Origin: Candidatus Hydrogenedentota bacterium
GTDB lineage: Bacteria; Hydrogenedentota; Hydrogenedentia; Hydrogenedentales; SLHB01
Direction of reading: 5' to 3'
Length of the DNA stretch: 64,000 nt
NCBI GenBank assembly: GCA_963745075.1
Contig: CAVUWV010000027.1
Location: forward strand, 32,001 to 96,000
The notes below the pieces were generated by a model. That model worked only from the letters and a program-made list of their open reading frames with translations. It made no database searches and was not told the origin of the DNA. Of this stretch, positions 20,220-29,779 are shown piece after piece. A program made the translations under genes and the position numbers. How positions within the stretch are numbered: the first letter of the stretch is position 1; each line of letters begins with the position of its first letter.

Positions 20220-21440
20220 TCAAGCCTCCTTGCCGGACTCTCTCGGTTCTTCCCGGAATAGCGCGACGAACACCATCGCCACGACGGCGCACGCCACGGC
20301 CGGAACCAACCAGAACGGCTGATATGCGACCAGACGCGTATTGGGGATGGTGAGCCCTTGCGCGAGCGTGCCCGCCAGCAGGCTTCCCATAAGATTGCCA
20401 AAGCCCGCGATGACCGTATTCAACAGCAACTGTGCGCCGGCCCGGTTTTCCCGGTTGCAGTGGTTGTCCAGGTAGATCATCGCCACAACGAAGAAGCACC
20501 CGTAGGTCAATCCATGCAAGCCGATCGCGGCAATCAGGAACGGGGTCTTGGGGTTCGTGGCGAAGATGGCGAATCGCGTGGCTTGCATGAGCAGCCCGAT
20601 CAATAACGTACCCTTCAGGCCGAAACGCCCAATCAGATGGCCCAACCCGCCAATGACAAGAATCTCCGATACCTGCCCCAAACTCAGTAACGGAAGAATC
20701 CAACCGTCGGCATACCCCAGTTGGCTCAGGTATGGGCTCATCCAAACAAGGTAAAACATGTTGAGAATCGAGTTGAGGAGGGTCACGGCGCATAGGATCG
20801 CCAGGCTGCGGTGCCGAAACACCGCCAATGCCGTCCACAAGGACGGGCGCTTGACGCCCGTCGACGCCGCTTTGGTTACGGGCAATGTCAGCGCATACAG
20901 CGCCATTACAACGGAGATGGCCGCGGACACCAGCAACGCATCGGGAAGGCGGCTTCGTTCACCGTGGGCATCACCCATCCGCAACCATGCCAATCCAAAA
21001 ACGAAACCAATGACGACCCAACCGATTGTGCCCCACATGCGGACCGGTCCAAAGTCCCGCCGTGCGTCGGGCAGATGGTGGAACGCGACGGTATTGGTCA
21101 TGGCCAGGGTGGGGGAGAAAACCAACCAGAATGCGAGGTATGCGGCAAGGAAAGAAAAGAATCCGGTTTGCGACCATAAGACGACCATGGCTCCAGCCGC
21201 CAGAATGTGCAGCACCGTCAGCATCCGTTCTGCGCTGATCCAGCGATCTGCCACGTTGGCGACGACGAGTGGCGACACGAAGGCCGCAATCGCCGGCATG
21301 GACAGAATGATTCCGACGCGGTAGGGATCCAGCGCCATATAGCCTTTGAGGTAGTGCCCCATCATCGGCATAAACACCCCCATGCCGACGTATTGGATGA
21401 ACATCATAATCGACAATCGTGACCGTATGGATAGTGGCAT
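20220..21440 (-). CDS. MFS transporter, nucleoside:H+ symporter (NupG/YegT-like)
   Basis: RLSIMMFIQY, ADRWISAER, FGPVRMWGTIGW, SLGQVSE, LHGLTYG; about 12 TM helices. Confidence 0.88.
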   Translation of the reverse strand: MPLSIRSRLSIMMFIQYVGMGVFMPMMGHYLKGYMALDPYRVGIILSMPAIAAFVSPLVVANVADRWISAERMLTVLHILAAGAMVVLWSQTGFFSFLAAYLAFWLVFSPTLAMTNTVAFHHLPDARRDFGPVRMWGTIGWVVIGFVFGLAWLRMGDAHGERSRLPDALLVSAAISVVMALYALTLPVTKAASTGVKRPSLWTALAVFRHRSLAILCAVTLLNSILNMFYLVWMSPYLSQLGYADGWILPLLSLGQVSEILVIGGLGHLIGRFGLKGTLLIGLLMQATRFAIFATNPKTPFLIAAIGLHGLTYGCFFVVAMIYLDNHCNRENRAGAQLLLNTVIAGFGNLMGSLLAGTLAQGLTIPNTRLVAYQPFWLVPAVACAVVAMVFVALFREEPRESGKEA

Positions 21441-21452
21441 GCGTGGTCTCGA

Positions 21453-23186
21453 TTACTTCGTTGCCGGTGGCTGTTCCCGGTCGAATGTGGGGGTTCCAAG
21501 ACCATCGCGCAGTCCGGTCATGCGGAGGTCGTAGACCAGCAAACGCCGCGCCCGTTCCAGATCCAGGCTGCGCACAAAGCGGATGTTGTCGACGGTGTTC
21601 CCGTATGACGGAAACGCTTCCACCTCCAGAAAGATACGTCCAAAGTCCTGATGAAATGTGGCTTCCGGCTGCGCGTCGATCGGCAATGCAATCGCCTCAT
21701 CCGGGTATCTCCGATCGTACAGTTCCTGCCAATCGCTTACGTACGCAAGCGGCGGGGTCCGTCCTTCACCAAGATAGCGGTACAAACTACCACCTTCGCG
21801 GTGCTCCTGAAGCAGGTACGCTTCAAGCACCGACGACCACGCTGCGCAGGCGCCATGGTCCCCTTTGCTCTCCAGATACGTGAGCACCTGCGGATAGCCC
21901 GACCGGATAGCCAGAATCTCTCGGATGTGTATCAGGCTCGACGCGATTGAAACGGCCACCAGTATGGAGACCACCGATCGCAAGGCCAGCCGATACGGCG
22001 ATGGCCATCGCCAGAGGGCGATGACGGCCACAGCCAGAAGCGCCGTGAAGAACGGCAGGCCGAAGGTAAATGTCCGGGCGCCTTGCATGGTCTTCAGCGA
22101 GAAGATGAGTAGCGGGACGACAAACGGCACGACCAGGTAGACGACAGTTTTGTAGCGCTTCGCATTGGATCCGGCTCGGTGCGGTCGCAGGAGGACAAGC
22201 GCGCCCGCCCCCGCCAGCAGCAGAGCCGCAGCCACCGTGGCTGGGTACCCCTCGAGCGTACCGTGAAAGAATGGGAACAGCAGAAGCCCCGACGGATTCG
22301 CAGGAACCCCGCTCTGGCCGATGAACCGAGGCCACAGCAGTTCCAGAAAAGTCCCGTGGGGATACGCCATGCCCTGACTGCGAAACAGCAGGATCCAGGG
22401 ATACGTCACCGCTTCCGCAAAGGCCACTACAGCGAAGAATGCGGCGGCGATGGCGGCTCCGCCATAGACGAATCGCTGGAATGCCTTCCACAGGCTTCCG
22501 GGGCCGCGGCAAGTCAAGGCGTGAATGACGACCAGTGCTGGCAGTGCCCCTGCCACTTGGTAGTGCACCCAGAAGCTCAGACCGGCGCACGCCCCGCTTA
22601 CGGCTAGATACCAGTACGCGAAGCCTTCCTCATGTTTACTGGCGCGGGCGTGAGCCCACACAGCCAGAAGAAAAAGCAGGGAAGCAGTAGATTGCGGATA
22701 GGGGTTCCGTGCGTAATACACGCTGTACCCTGACACGGCCAGGAGGAGCCCCGCCAGAAGCGCCGTTTGCCGGTCCCGCAGCCACCCAACGAACGCCATC
22801 AACACTGCCACCAGTAGGATGCCTGACACGGCTTCGATGTAGTTGCATGCCGATACCCACGGTCCCGTCGCTGTCAGAAGTGCCGCCGTGAGGTAGGAAT
22901 ATCCGAGCTTGGGAGAAAAGGGGTGCTCCCGTTTCAGCCGATCCGCGGCCTCGGGCATGAAATCGGCGAGATAGAACGACCCGTCGCCCCGGATCTCGCG
23001 GCACTTTCCGCTAGCCAGTTGGGCGACATTCTCGTATTCGTAGACCTTGCTGAGACCATCAAGAATGTATCGGCCGTCGTCCACCCCGAAAATTCCGGCC
23101 TGCGAAAGCCCCGCCAAACGGACCGCGGCCGCGAGCAAAATGACGAGCGAAAACGCTGCGGTATACTTCTGCGATGGGTGACTCAC
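21453..23186 (-). CDS. GT-C fold (ArnT/PMT-like, GT39/83) membrane glycosyltransferase
   Basis: First TM followed by VDDGRY, then ALLAGLLLAVS…YAR; many TM helices and a periplasmic C-terminus. Confidence 0.7.
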   Translation of the reverse strand: MSHPSQKYTAAFSLVILLAAAVRLAGLSQAGIFGVDDGRYILDGLSKVYEYENVAQLASGKCREIRGDGSFYLADFMPEAADRLKREHPFSPKLGYSYLTAALLTATGPWVSACNYIEAVSGILLVAVLMAFVGWLRDRQTALLAGLLLAVSGYSVYYARNPYPQSTASLLFLLAVWAHARASKHEEGFAYWYLAVSGACAGLSFWVHYQVAGALPALVVIHALTCRGPGSLWKAFQRFVYGGAAIAAAFFAVVAFAEAVTYPWILLFRSQGMAYPHGTFLELLWPRFIGQSGVPANPSGLLLFPFFHGTLEGYPATVAAALLLAGAGALVLLRPHRAGSNAKRYKTVVYLVVPFVVPLLIFSLKTMQGARTFTFGLPFFTALLAVAVIALWRWPSPYRLALRSVVSILVAVSIASSLIHIREILAIRSGYPQVLTYLESKGDHGACAAWSSVLEAYLLQEHREGGSLYRYLGEGRTPPLAYVSDWQELYDRRYPDEAIALPIDAQPEATFHQDFGRIFLEVEAFPSYGNTVDNIRFVRSLDLERARRLLVYDLRMTGLRDGLGTPTFDREQPPATK

Positions 23187-23318
23187 GGCATCTCCTCACG
23201 GGCGCGTCCGCCGGGGTTCGGCCTCCCCGGTATGTGAACCGGTGCAACGTACCACGTGTTTTGCCCGGAATCAATGCGTGTCAAGGACTTGCGACGGTCC
23301 ATGGGGTCAAAATTCCTG

Positions 23319-23347
23319 TTGCAAGAAAACCGGAAATATGCTATATC
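23319..23347 (+). promoter_or_regulatory. Sigma70-type promoter of the RRM gene
   Basis: TTGCAA-17 bp-TATATC with extended TG; implies a ~165-nt 5' UTR. Confidence 0.5.
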
Positions 23348-23517
23348 CAAGGTGCGGAATGATTATGGTCCTGAGTAGGTGTATAGCTTTGTGTGACCGT
23401 CCTATGTTTTCATCGCTGCTGACGAATTCCCACCTTTCAATCAACCTCGCGAAGCTCGAGATCCAACGACCGGTTGGGCTTGCGGGTTCGGGGGAACGTT
23501 AACCGTGAGGAGGTAGC

Positions 23518-23796
23518 ATGAATATCTACGTTGGGAACCTGTCGTACCAGGCTACGGAGGATGAGTTGCGGGACGCCTTCGCCGCCCACGGCGACGTAAC
23601 GTCCGTCAACGTCATCGTGGACCGGATGACCGGGCAGTCCAGGGGGTTTGCCTTCGTCGAGATGGCCACCAAAGAAGCGGGAAAAGCCGCTATTGAGGCC
23701 CTCAACGGTTTCGAACTTCAAGGCCGCCCACTCCGGATTAACGAGGCGCGCCCTCGCGAAGAACGTCCCCGGCGCGAAGCGCGTCCGCGGGGCTAA
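23518..23796 (+). CDS. RRM (RNP-1) RNA-binding protein
   Basis: MNIYVGNL (RNP2), SRGFAFVEM (RNP1), [19 protein letters not shown]. Confidence 0.96.
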   Translation: MNIYVGNLSYQATEDELRDAFAAHGDVTSVNVIVDRMTGQSRGFAFVEMATKEAGKAAIEALNGFELQGRPLRINEARPREERPRREARPRG

Positions 23797-23823
23797 CCCT
23801 CCGACGACCCATGAGCCAAAGGT

Positions 23824-23856
23824 CCGGGCGGGCGGCGGATTCTACGCCCGCCCGGG
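23824..23856. terminator. Hairpin between convergent genes (probable bidirectional terminator)
   Basis: CCGGGCGGGCG-N10-CGCCCGCCCGG. Confidence 0.7.
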
Positions 23857-24735
23857 CTAAAGATATAGTCGAGTCAATTCGTCTCGGACATACTCGAACG
23901 CCGAATCTACGTCGTCGGCGAGATGGAAGAGATCCAAATCCGAGCGACCAATCATTCCCCACTTCACCAGGGCGTCGAAGTTGATGACCTCTTTCCAGAA
24001 CTCCTTGCCGAACAGCACGACCGGCATCATCTTTGCCGTCTTGTTTGTCTGAATGAGGGTCAGCAGCTCGAACAATTCGTCGAAGGTTCCGAACCCGCCG
24101 GGAAAGACGATCAATGCCTTGGATAGATAGACGAACCAGAATTTTCGGATGAAGAAATAGTGGAACTCGAAGGAGAGTTCACGCGTCTGGTACGGGTTCG
24201 GGTTCTGTTCGAAGGGTAAGCTGATGTTCAGCCCGATGGAGTACCCCCCGGCCTGCGCGGCGCCCCGGTTCGCGGCTTCCATGATACCCGGACCGCCGCC
24301 CGAGCATACGATGAAACGCCGTTTCCTGCCGGGGATCGCTTTCGACCAACTCGTCAAACGCTCGGCGAGTTCCATCGCATCGTCGTAGTATCGCGCCATG
24401 TGACGGGCGTGACGAGCCCGGTCCAACGCTTTCTGCGCCGCCTTCGGAATCTGCTTGTTTGCGTTGGTCGCAGCCTTGGCGGCTTCGTATTCCGCCTGCG
24501 CCGTCCCGCTGGACACAATGCGCGCCGAACCGAAGAAGACAATCGTGTCCTTCACACGCATGCGCCGGAAGCGACTTTCCGGTTCCATGAATTCGCACAA
24601 GACCCGGATCTCGCGGGCGTCGCTACTGTTCAGGAAGTTCAGATTCTTATACGCCTTTTCCGGCCACCGTCCCCCCGGCACACCGGAGACATTGTTGACG
24701 TGGTTCTTGCTTGCGTTTCCGGTATTCTTGGCCAC
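23857..24735 (-). CDS. LOG family nucleotide monophosphate phosphoribohydrolase (TIGR00730-like)
   Basis: FFGSAR, SGGGPGIMEAAN, GLNISLPFEQ, FHYFFIRK, PGGFGTFDE. Confidence 0.93.
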   Translation of the reverse strand: MAKNTGNASKNHVNNVSGVPGGRWPEKAYKNLNFLNSSDAREIRVLCEFMEPESRFRRMRVKDTIVFFGSARIVSSGTAQAEYEAAKAATNANKQIPKAAQKALDRARHARHMARYYDDAMELAERLTSWSKAIPGRKRRFIVCSGGGPGIMEAANRGAAQAGGYSIGLNISLPFEQNPNPYQTRELSFEFHYFFIRKFWFVYLSKALIVFPGGFGTFDELFELLTLIQTNKTAKMMPVVLFGKEFWKEVINFDALVKWGMIGRSDLDLFHLADDVDSAFEYVRDELTRLYL

Positions 24736-24845
24736 GTTTCCCTCCCCATTGTCCCGCGTTGTACTACCACGATCCTGCCAGCAAGAACAGTATCATGAGG
24801 CCGGGGGGCACGGGAAATAGGCAAACGGACATTCGCGAGAGCGAA

Positions 24846-25664
24846 TCACCCGCCGGTATGGTCCTTCAAGAATGCGAGCGTACGCGGCCAGGCGTCTTGA
24901 CTCGCCTTGAGATTTGCGCCGTCTCGTCCGTCCTGTTGTCGCAGGAAGCCGTGGCCCGCGCCCGCATAGATCGCCTTCTCGTAAGGCTTGCCGAGTCGCT
25001 TCAATTCCTCTTCCGCAGGAGCGATGGTGGATACGACGCGTTCGTCCATCTCGCCGTACAGGCCCAGTACCGGCACGGAGAGCTTCGCAAGCGACGCAGC
25101 ATCCGGCGAAGTCCCGTAATACACGACCGCCGCGTCGAGTTTCGGCTGGGCCGTTGCGTAGCGGAAATTGGTGGTCCCACCCCAACAGAATCCAATCGCC
25201 GCACACTTGCCGTTCGCCGCCGGTAGATTGAGGCCATAGTCGAGGGCGGCATTCAGTCGTGCGACGGCCTCCGGGGGTTCGAGGCGTCCGATCGTTTCGC
25301 GCGGATTCTCTTCCGCGCCTTCCATACCGGAGATCAGATCCGGTGCAACTGCGATATACCCATTCGCTGCCAGCGCGTCGGCTACCGACCGAATCCAATC
25401 CGACATGCCGAAGATCTCGTGAATCACGACGATCACCGGCGCCTTATCCGAACGCTCCGGGTACGAGATCCACGTTCGCAATTTCACGTCGCTGTTCGGG
25501 AGCGGAATGAACGCAAACTCGCCATGGCGCGGCGAGTTCTCTAACGCCTCCTTTGCGGCGTCGCCGGATGGCGGCAACGTAGCGTCTTGGGCTATGGCCG
25601 AAACCGGGAGGGCCGTGAGGGTAACCGCCGTGAATAACAACCATGACCAGCGCGAACGAATCAT
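24846..25664 (-). CDS. Dienelactone hydrolase family protein, exported
   Basis: Signal peptide; VIHEIFG, GFCWGG, YAGAGHGF. Confidence 0.93.
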   Translation of the reverse strand: MIRSRWSWLLFTAVTLTALPVSAIAQDATLPPSGDAAKEALENSPRHGEFAFIPLPNSDVKLRTWISYPERSDKAPVIVVIHEIFGMSDWIRSVADALAANGYIAVAPDLISGMEGAEENPRETIGRLEPPEAVARLNAALDYGLNLPAANGKCAAIGFCWGGTTNFRYATAQPKLDAAVVYYGTSPDAASLAKLSVPVLGLYGEMDERVVSTIAPAEEELKRLGKPYEKAIYAGAGHGFLRQQDGRDGANLKASQDAWPRTLAFLKDHTGG

Positions 25665-25833
25665 GTTTTCCTCCTTTCCTGGAGTCTACGGCAAGGGAGA
25701 AACCGCGTTGGAAAATGCCGCGAACGATCTCCCCGTGCAAAACGTAAACACGGTACCCAACCTGGATTAATCCATCGCCTTTCGAGCACACCTGAAAACT
25801 CATTTAGTCCCGAAAAATAAAGGTGAAAACGTC

Positions 25834-25862
25834 TTGACAGATTTCCGACTCGGGGGTACAAT
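25834..25862 (+). promoter_or_regulatory. Near-consensus sigma70 promoter
   Basis: TTGACA-17 bp-TACAAT with an A-rich upstream (UP-like) tract. Confidence 0.85.
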
Positions 25863-25868
25863 CAGAGT

Positions 25869-26000
25869 GTAGCGCGGTTCGCCGATCGTACCTGACGGCC
25901 ACGGCGGGCCCTGGCGCGCACGTTGCGCAACACGGTGAAATACCCGAGCCGGGGACTCAGGCGCCTGACGGACGGGTATGAGCGGCGAACCGCGTGTTCT
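25869..26000 (+). ncRNA. Candidate ~125-nt structured small RNA, family not recognised
   Basis: Starts just after the promoter. The 5' and 3' ends pair in a perfect 12-bp stem (25873-25884/25983-25994), extended by 9 more pairs; inner stem with two terminal hairpins; U-rich tail. Confidence 0.6.
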
Positions 26001-26086
26001 TTGTTTTCCCTCCGTCCCCTAAGTCCATTGCTTGCCCATCCCTCCGGCTGCTACCATTCCCGTTTACACCACCGAAAGGCTCATCC

Positions 26087-27145
26087 ATGAAAGTCGGGAT
26101 TATTGGCTACACCCGGTCGGGCAAGACCACCATCTTTAATTCGTTGACCGGCGCTCATGCCGCCGTCGGAACCTTTGGCAGCCGGGATTCCAATGTTGCC
26201 GTGCTCAAAGTGCCCGATGAGCGTGTGGATCGACTTGCCGAAATTCATAAACCCAAGAAGAAAACCTACGCCGAGTTCCAGTTCGTCGACATTGCGCCCA
26301 ACGAGTCCGGCGGCGACGACAAAGCCCTCGATTCGGCGGCCCTGACCGCGCTGAAAAATGTTGACGCGCTGGTTCACGTAGTCCGGGCGTTCCAAAATGA
26401 AGACGTCATGCATCCGCTCGGCGATGTGGATCCCGTACGCGACGCACGCAGCCTCGAAGAAGAATTGCAGCTCTGCGATCTCATTATTATCGAACGCCGC
26501 ATCGAACGTATGGAAAAGGAAAACCGCAAAGACAACGAATACAAAACGCTGATCCAATGTCGCGAGCACATCGAGAATGGACAGTCTTTGCGGACTCTGG
26601 ACCTTTCCGCACAAGAAGCGCGCGACATCGCGGGCTACTGTTTCCTCTCGCAAAAGCCACTTCTGTTGTTGGGCAACTATGGCGATGAATCCATCGGCAA
26701 CCCGGACCCGGCCGGGCTCGATGCGTTTGGGAAAGAACACAAACTAACCGTCATCGCTTTCTGCGGCGCCATGGAGATGGAAGTGGCACAACTGTCGGAA
26801 GAAGAGCGGCCCGCGTTTCGCGAAGACTTGGGATTGGGCGAGGAATCCCGCACACAGTTTTTGCAGACCGCCTACGACATGCTTGGCTTGATGAGTTTTC
26901 TGACCGCAGGCGAACCCGAAGTGCGCGCGTGGACCATTCCCAAGCACACCAAGGCGGTCGATGCCGCGGCCGTGATTCACTCCGACATTGCGCGCGGATT
27001 CATTCGCGCCGAAATCGTCAACTACGACCATTTCATGGCCGCCGGTTCCATGGCCAAGGCCAAGGAAGCTGGTCACGTTCGCCTTGAAGGCAAGGAATAC
27101 ATCATGCAGGACGGCGATATCGTTCTGTTCCGGTTCAACGTGTGA
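26087..27145 (+). CDS. ychF: Redox-regulated ATPase YchF (Obg family)
   Basis: GIIGYTRSGKTT, VPDERVDRL, HVVRAF, FLTAGEPEVRAWTI, IHSDIARGFIRAE, RLEGKEYIMQDGD…FRFNV. Confidence 0.93.
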   Translation: MKVGIIGYTRSGKTTIFNSLTGAHAAVGTFGSRDSNVAVLKVPDERVDRLAEIHKPKKKTYAEFQFVDIAPNESGGDDKALDSAALTALKNVDALVHVVRAFQNEDVMHPLGDVDPVRDARSLEEELQLCDLIIIERRIERMEKENRKDNEYKTLIQCREHIENGQSLRTLDLSAQEARDIAGYCFLSQKPLLLLGNYGDESIGNPDPAGLDAFGKEHKLTVIAFCGAMEMEVAQLSEEERPAFREDLGLGEESRTQFLQTAYDMLGLMSFLTAGEPEVRAWTIPKHTKAVDAAAVIHSDIARGFIRAEIVNYDHFMAAGSMAKAKEAGHVRLEGKEYIMQDGDIVLFRFNV

Positions 27146-27184
27146 AGAGAAGGCTGGAGAGCGGAATCTGGAGATAGAAGATGT

Positions 27185-27217
27185 GGATTGGACGAATCGG
27201 TCCGATCCGTCCAATCC
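27185..27217. repeat. REP-like palindrome; its core is also found at 50073-50086
   Basis: GGATTGGACGAATCG/CGATCCGTCCAATCC; shared core ATCGGTCCGATCCG. Confidence 0.65.
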
Positions 27218-27287
27218 GTCCAATCGAAACGCCTATGGATCCGCGAACGGCACAGTCTCCAGCCTTTCCCCACAGGAGTCACTCGCC

Positions 27288-28157
27288 ATGATTGTTGATT
27301 GCCACAACCATCCCGACTGGCATGGCCACGATTTGGACCGGTACCTCGCAAACATGGACCAGCACGGTATCGACGTGACGTGGTTACTCTCCTGGGAGTG
27401 TCCGCGCGACGAGTTCGATCCCAATTACTTCAAGGCCTGTCCGCACGCCGGGCCGGACGGCCCGATTCCGTTCTCACGCTGCCTGTACTACAAGGAACGC
27501 GTGCCGGAACGCTTCGTCCTGGGCTATGCGCCGGACCCGCGCCGGCCCGAAGCGATCGATCTGTTGGAAGGCGCGATCAACGTTTATGGCGTACAAACCT
27601 ACGGCGAATTGAAACTGCGCATGTGCTACGACAACCCCGACGCATTGCGCGTCTTTCGGTTTTGCGGTGAGAAGCAGCTCCCCGTCACGGTGCACATCGA
27701 CTACGAATTCGATACGGGAACCAAGTATCCCCGGCCGAACTGGTGGTACGGCGGCGGGTTTGACGCTTTTGCGCGGGCGGTGCGGGCTTGCCCGGAGACG
27801 GTGTTTCTCGGCCACGCACCGGGATTCTGGGCCCACATCTCGGCTGACGACAAGCACGACCGGGAACCCTATCCCGAAGGGCCGGTGATGCCGGGCGGCA
27901 AACTCGTCGAATTATTGCGCGAATGCCCGAATCTCTTCTGCGATATTTCCGCCGGGTCCGGATGCCGCGCGCTCAGCCGGGACCCCGAGTATGCGAAGGA
28001 GTTCCTCATCGAGTTTCAGGATCGAATTCTGTACGGGCGAGACTATTTTGATAACGTTCACCAGGAGTTCCTGAATGGGCTCGAATTGCCGGCAGAGATT
28101 CTGGAGAAGATTTATGCCCGAAACGCAAAACAATTGGCGCCTCTGAACGGCCCTTGA
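27288..28157 (+). CDS. Amidohydrolase family protein (Amidohydro_2)
   Basis: IVDCHNH, YGELK, PVTVH, FLGHAPG, PNLFCDIS, RILYGRDY. Confidence 0.88.
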   Translation: MIVDCHNHPDWHGHDLDRYLANMDQHGIDVTWLLSWECPRDEFDPNYFKACPHAGPDGPIPFSRCLYYKERVPERFVLGYAPDPRRPEAIDLLEGAINVYGVQTYGELKLRMCYDNPDALRVFRFCGEKQLPVTVHIDYEFDTGTKYPRPNWWYGGGFDAFARAVRACPETVFLGHAPGFWAHISADDKHDREPYPEGPVMPGGKLVELLRECPNLFCDISAGSGCRALSRDPEYAKEFLIEFQDRILYGRDYFDNVHQEFLNGLELPAEILEKIYARNAKQLAPLNGP

Positions 28158-28253
28158 GGGCGACCCGTACGCCGCCTGAAGTCCAAGCCCGTTCGAATTA
28201 ACTCGGCGCGGAACTTGTGATGCTTCTGTATGTCCACGGGCGCGAGGATAACC

Positions 28254-29573
28254 ATGCAACATCGCAGGACATGTCTTGCCGGAGCAATACTGGCGGCTGT
28301 CTGCCTGTCCGGTTGTCCGAATCACGCGGATCCCATCGTCCACGCGTTGCACTACCTGGAGCGGACGCAGCTTTCCACTGCAGACGAGGCCCGTCTCAGC
28401 GGAACCCCCATCATCAACTATGCTGGAAACTGGCCGCAGGTATTCTATTTCCGCGGTGCGCCCCGTGTCCGTTTCCCCGAAGTGAGTCCGTTCATCGTGG
28501 GATTCATTCATCATGCCCTCGCCGACGTGAAGGAAAGCACGGTCGACGCCCTCGGTTTGGACCCGTCCGATGCCGAAGTGGCGAGAACCATGCGGCAACG
28601 AGCGGTGTCGTTCTTGAAACGTTTTGAATCGGATTCGGCGGATCCCGACGCCGGAACGTTCGGATTCTGGCCCTACGACCCGAACCCCGGCGCTCCGGAA
28701 TCGCCGCTCCAACAAATCGCCCTTGGCATATTGCAGGGACCCATTCTCGACGGAAACCGTGTGCCCGCGAACGTGCGAATCTATCCACACGCCCTCGGCA
28801 TTCCATCCGACGCCGATGTCACCGCCACCACGTACGCGGCGTTGCTCGACGACGCGATACTCGACGGCGGCCCCGGAACGGCTCAGCCGGTGGCACAGTT
28901 CTTCGCCGATTGGCGTGATACGGGCGCCGTGCCGTTGCGCCGCGATCCGGCCTGGCTTCCCACAAACAGCGGCGCCTACCTGACCTGGCTCGCGTACCAC
29001 GATCCCCCGGATCTCACGATACCGAACGACGTGGATCTCGTGGTCAACGCCAACGTGCTCTATGCACTGGCCCGTTTCGGCGAATCCAGCGCCCCGGGGG
29101 TTACGGAGTCCGTCGATCTCATCAATACCGTCGTTCAGCAAGGACTCCACCGCACGCAATTCAGCCAACTCACGGACTACTATCCCGACAGCTACGTTTT
29201 TCACTACTGCGTGTCGCGTGCGTTCCGCGAAGGACCCATTCCCACCCTCCTGCCGGCAGTGACCATCCTCGCCGGCGACCTCGTAAACGAGGCAATTCCC
29301 CTGCCGGGCGGCACGGTTTATTGGGATAAAGGCGATCCGGCGCTCAACACCGCTTTCGCAGTATTGACCCTCATGAACGCAGACGCAGATCCAGACCTCG
29401 TTGAGAGGGGAATCCAATACCTCGTCAAGACGCAGAATCCCGTCGACGGCGGCTGGCCGGAAGCGGTGTTCTTTCTGGCCCACACCGATGGAGGGCCCGA
29501 AGTACGATGGTCCTCCGGCGCATTGACAACCGCACTCGCCCTGGAGGCGCTTTGCCGGTATCGGTTGGAATGA
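28254..29573 (+). CDS. Lipoprotein with terpene cyclase/prenyltransferase-like (alpha/alpha) barrel
   Basis: Lipobox LSGC; PSDADVTA; QW-like repeat GIQYLVKTQNPVDGGW; TTALALEAL. Confidence 0.65.
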   Translation: MQHRRTCLAGAILAAVCLSGCPNHADPIVHALHYLERTQLSTADEARLSGTPIINYAGNWPQVFYFRGAPRVRFPEVSPFIVGFIHHALADVKESTVDALGLDPSDAEVARTMRQRAVSFLKRFESDSADPDAGTFGFWPYDPNPGAPESPLQQIALGILQGPILDGNRVPANVRIYPHALGIPSDADVTATTYAALLDDAILDGGPGTAQPVAQFFADWRDTGAVPLRRDPAWLPTNSGAYLTWLAYHDPPDLTIPNDVDLVVNANVLYALARFGESSAPGVTESVDLINTVVQQGLHRTQFSQLTDYYPDSYVFHYCVSRAFREGPIPTLLPAVTILAGDLVNEAIPLPGGTVYWDKGDPALNTAFAVLTLMNADADPDLVERGIQYLVKTQNPVDGGWPEAVFFLAHTDGGPEVRWSSGALTTALALEALCRYRLE

Positions 29574-29779
29574 TGGAAAGGCCCGCTGCCGGGTCAAACT
29601 CCCGGCACAAATTGCGCCCGAACGCTTGACACGAGGCCGTGATTTTTGGCACGATCCGCTTCGGGCTTGGCCGGCTAAACCTCCCAACCTGTGTCACGTG
29701 GGCGTGTACGTGGGGAAGTGGCGTGCTCGCTGGCGAGGCCAATCCCCTACAATTCCATCAACCTGAGTAGTGGTGAACC

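Noticed and set aside
25890..25960. 5S rRNA, SRP RNA or FMN riboswitch
   Set aside because: Only short resemblances (CCTGACGGCCAC, GGTGAAAT). The 5S loop C (CCGAAC), the SRP GGAA domain and the other FMN motifs are missing.
27912..29687. Long antisense or alternate-frame ORFs (for example 27912..29687, 44896..46587, 8775..10115, 3598..4782, 12638..13399)
   Set aside because: They shadow well-supported genes and lack recognisable motifs, which is expected in GC-rich DNA with few stop codons.
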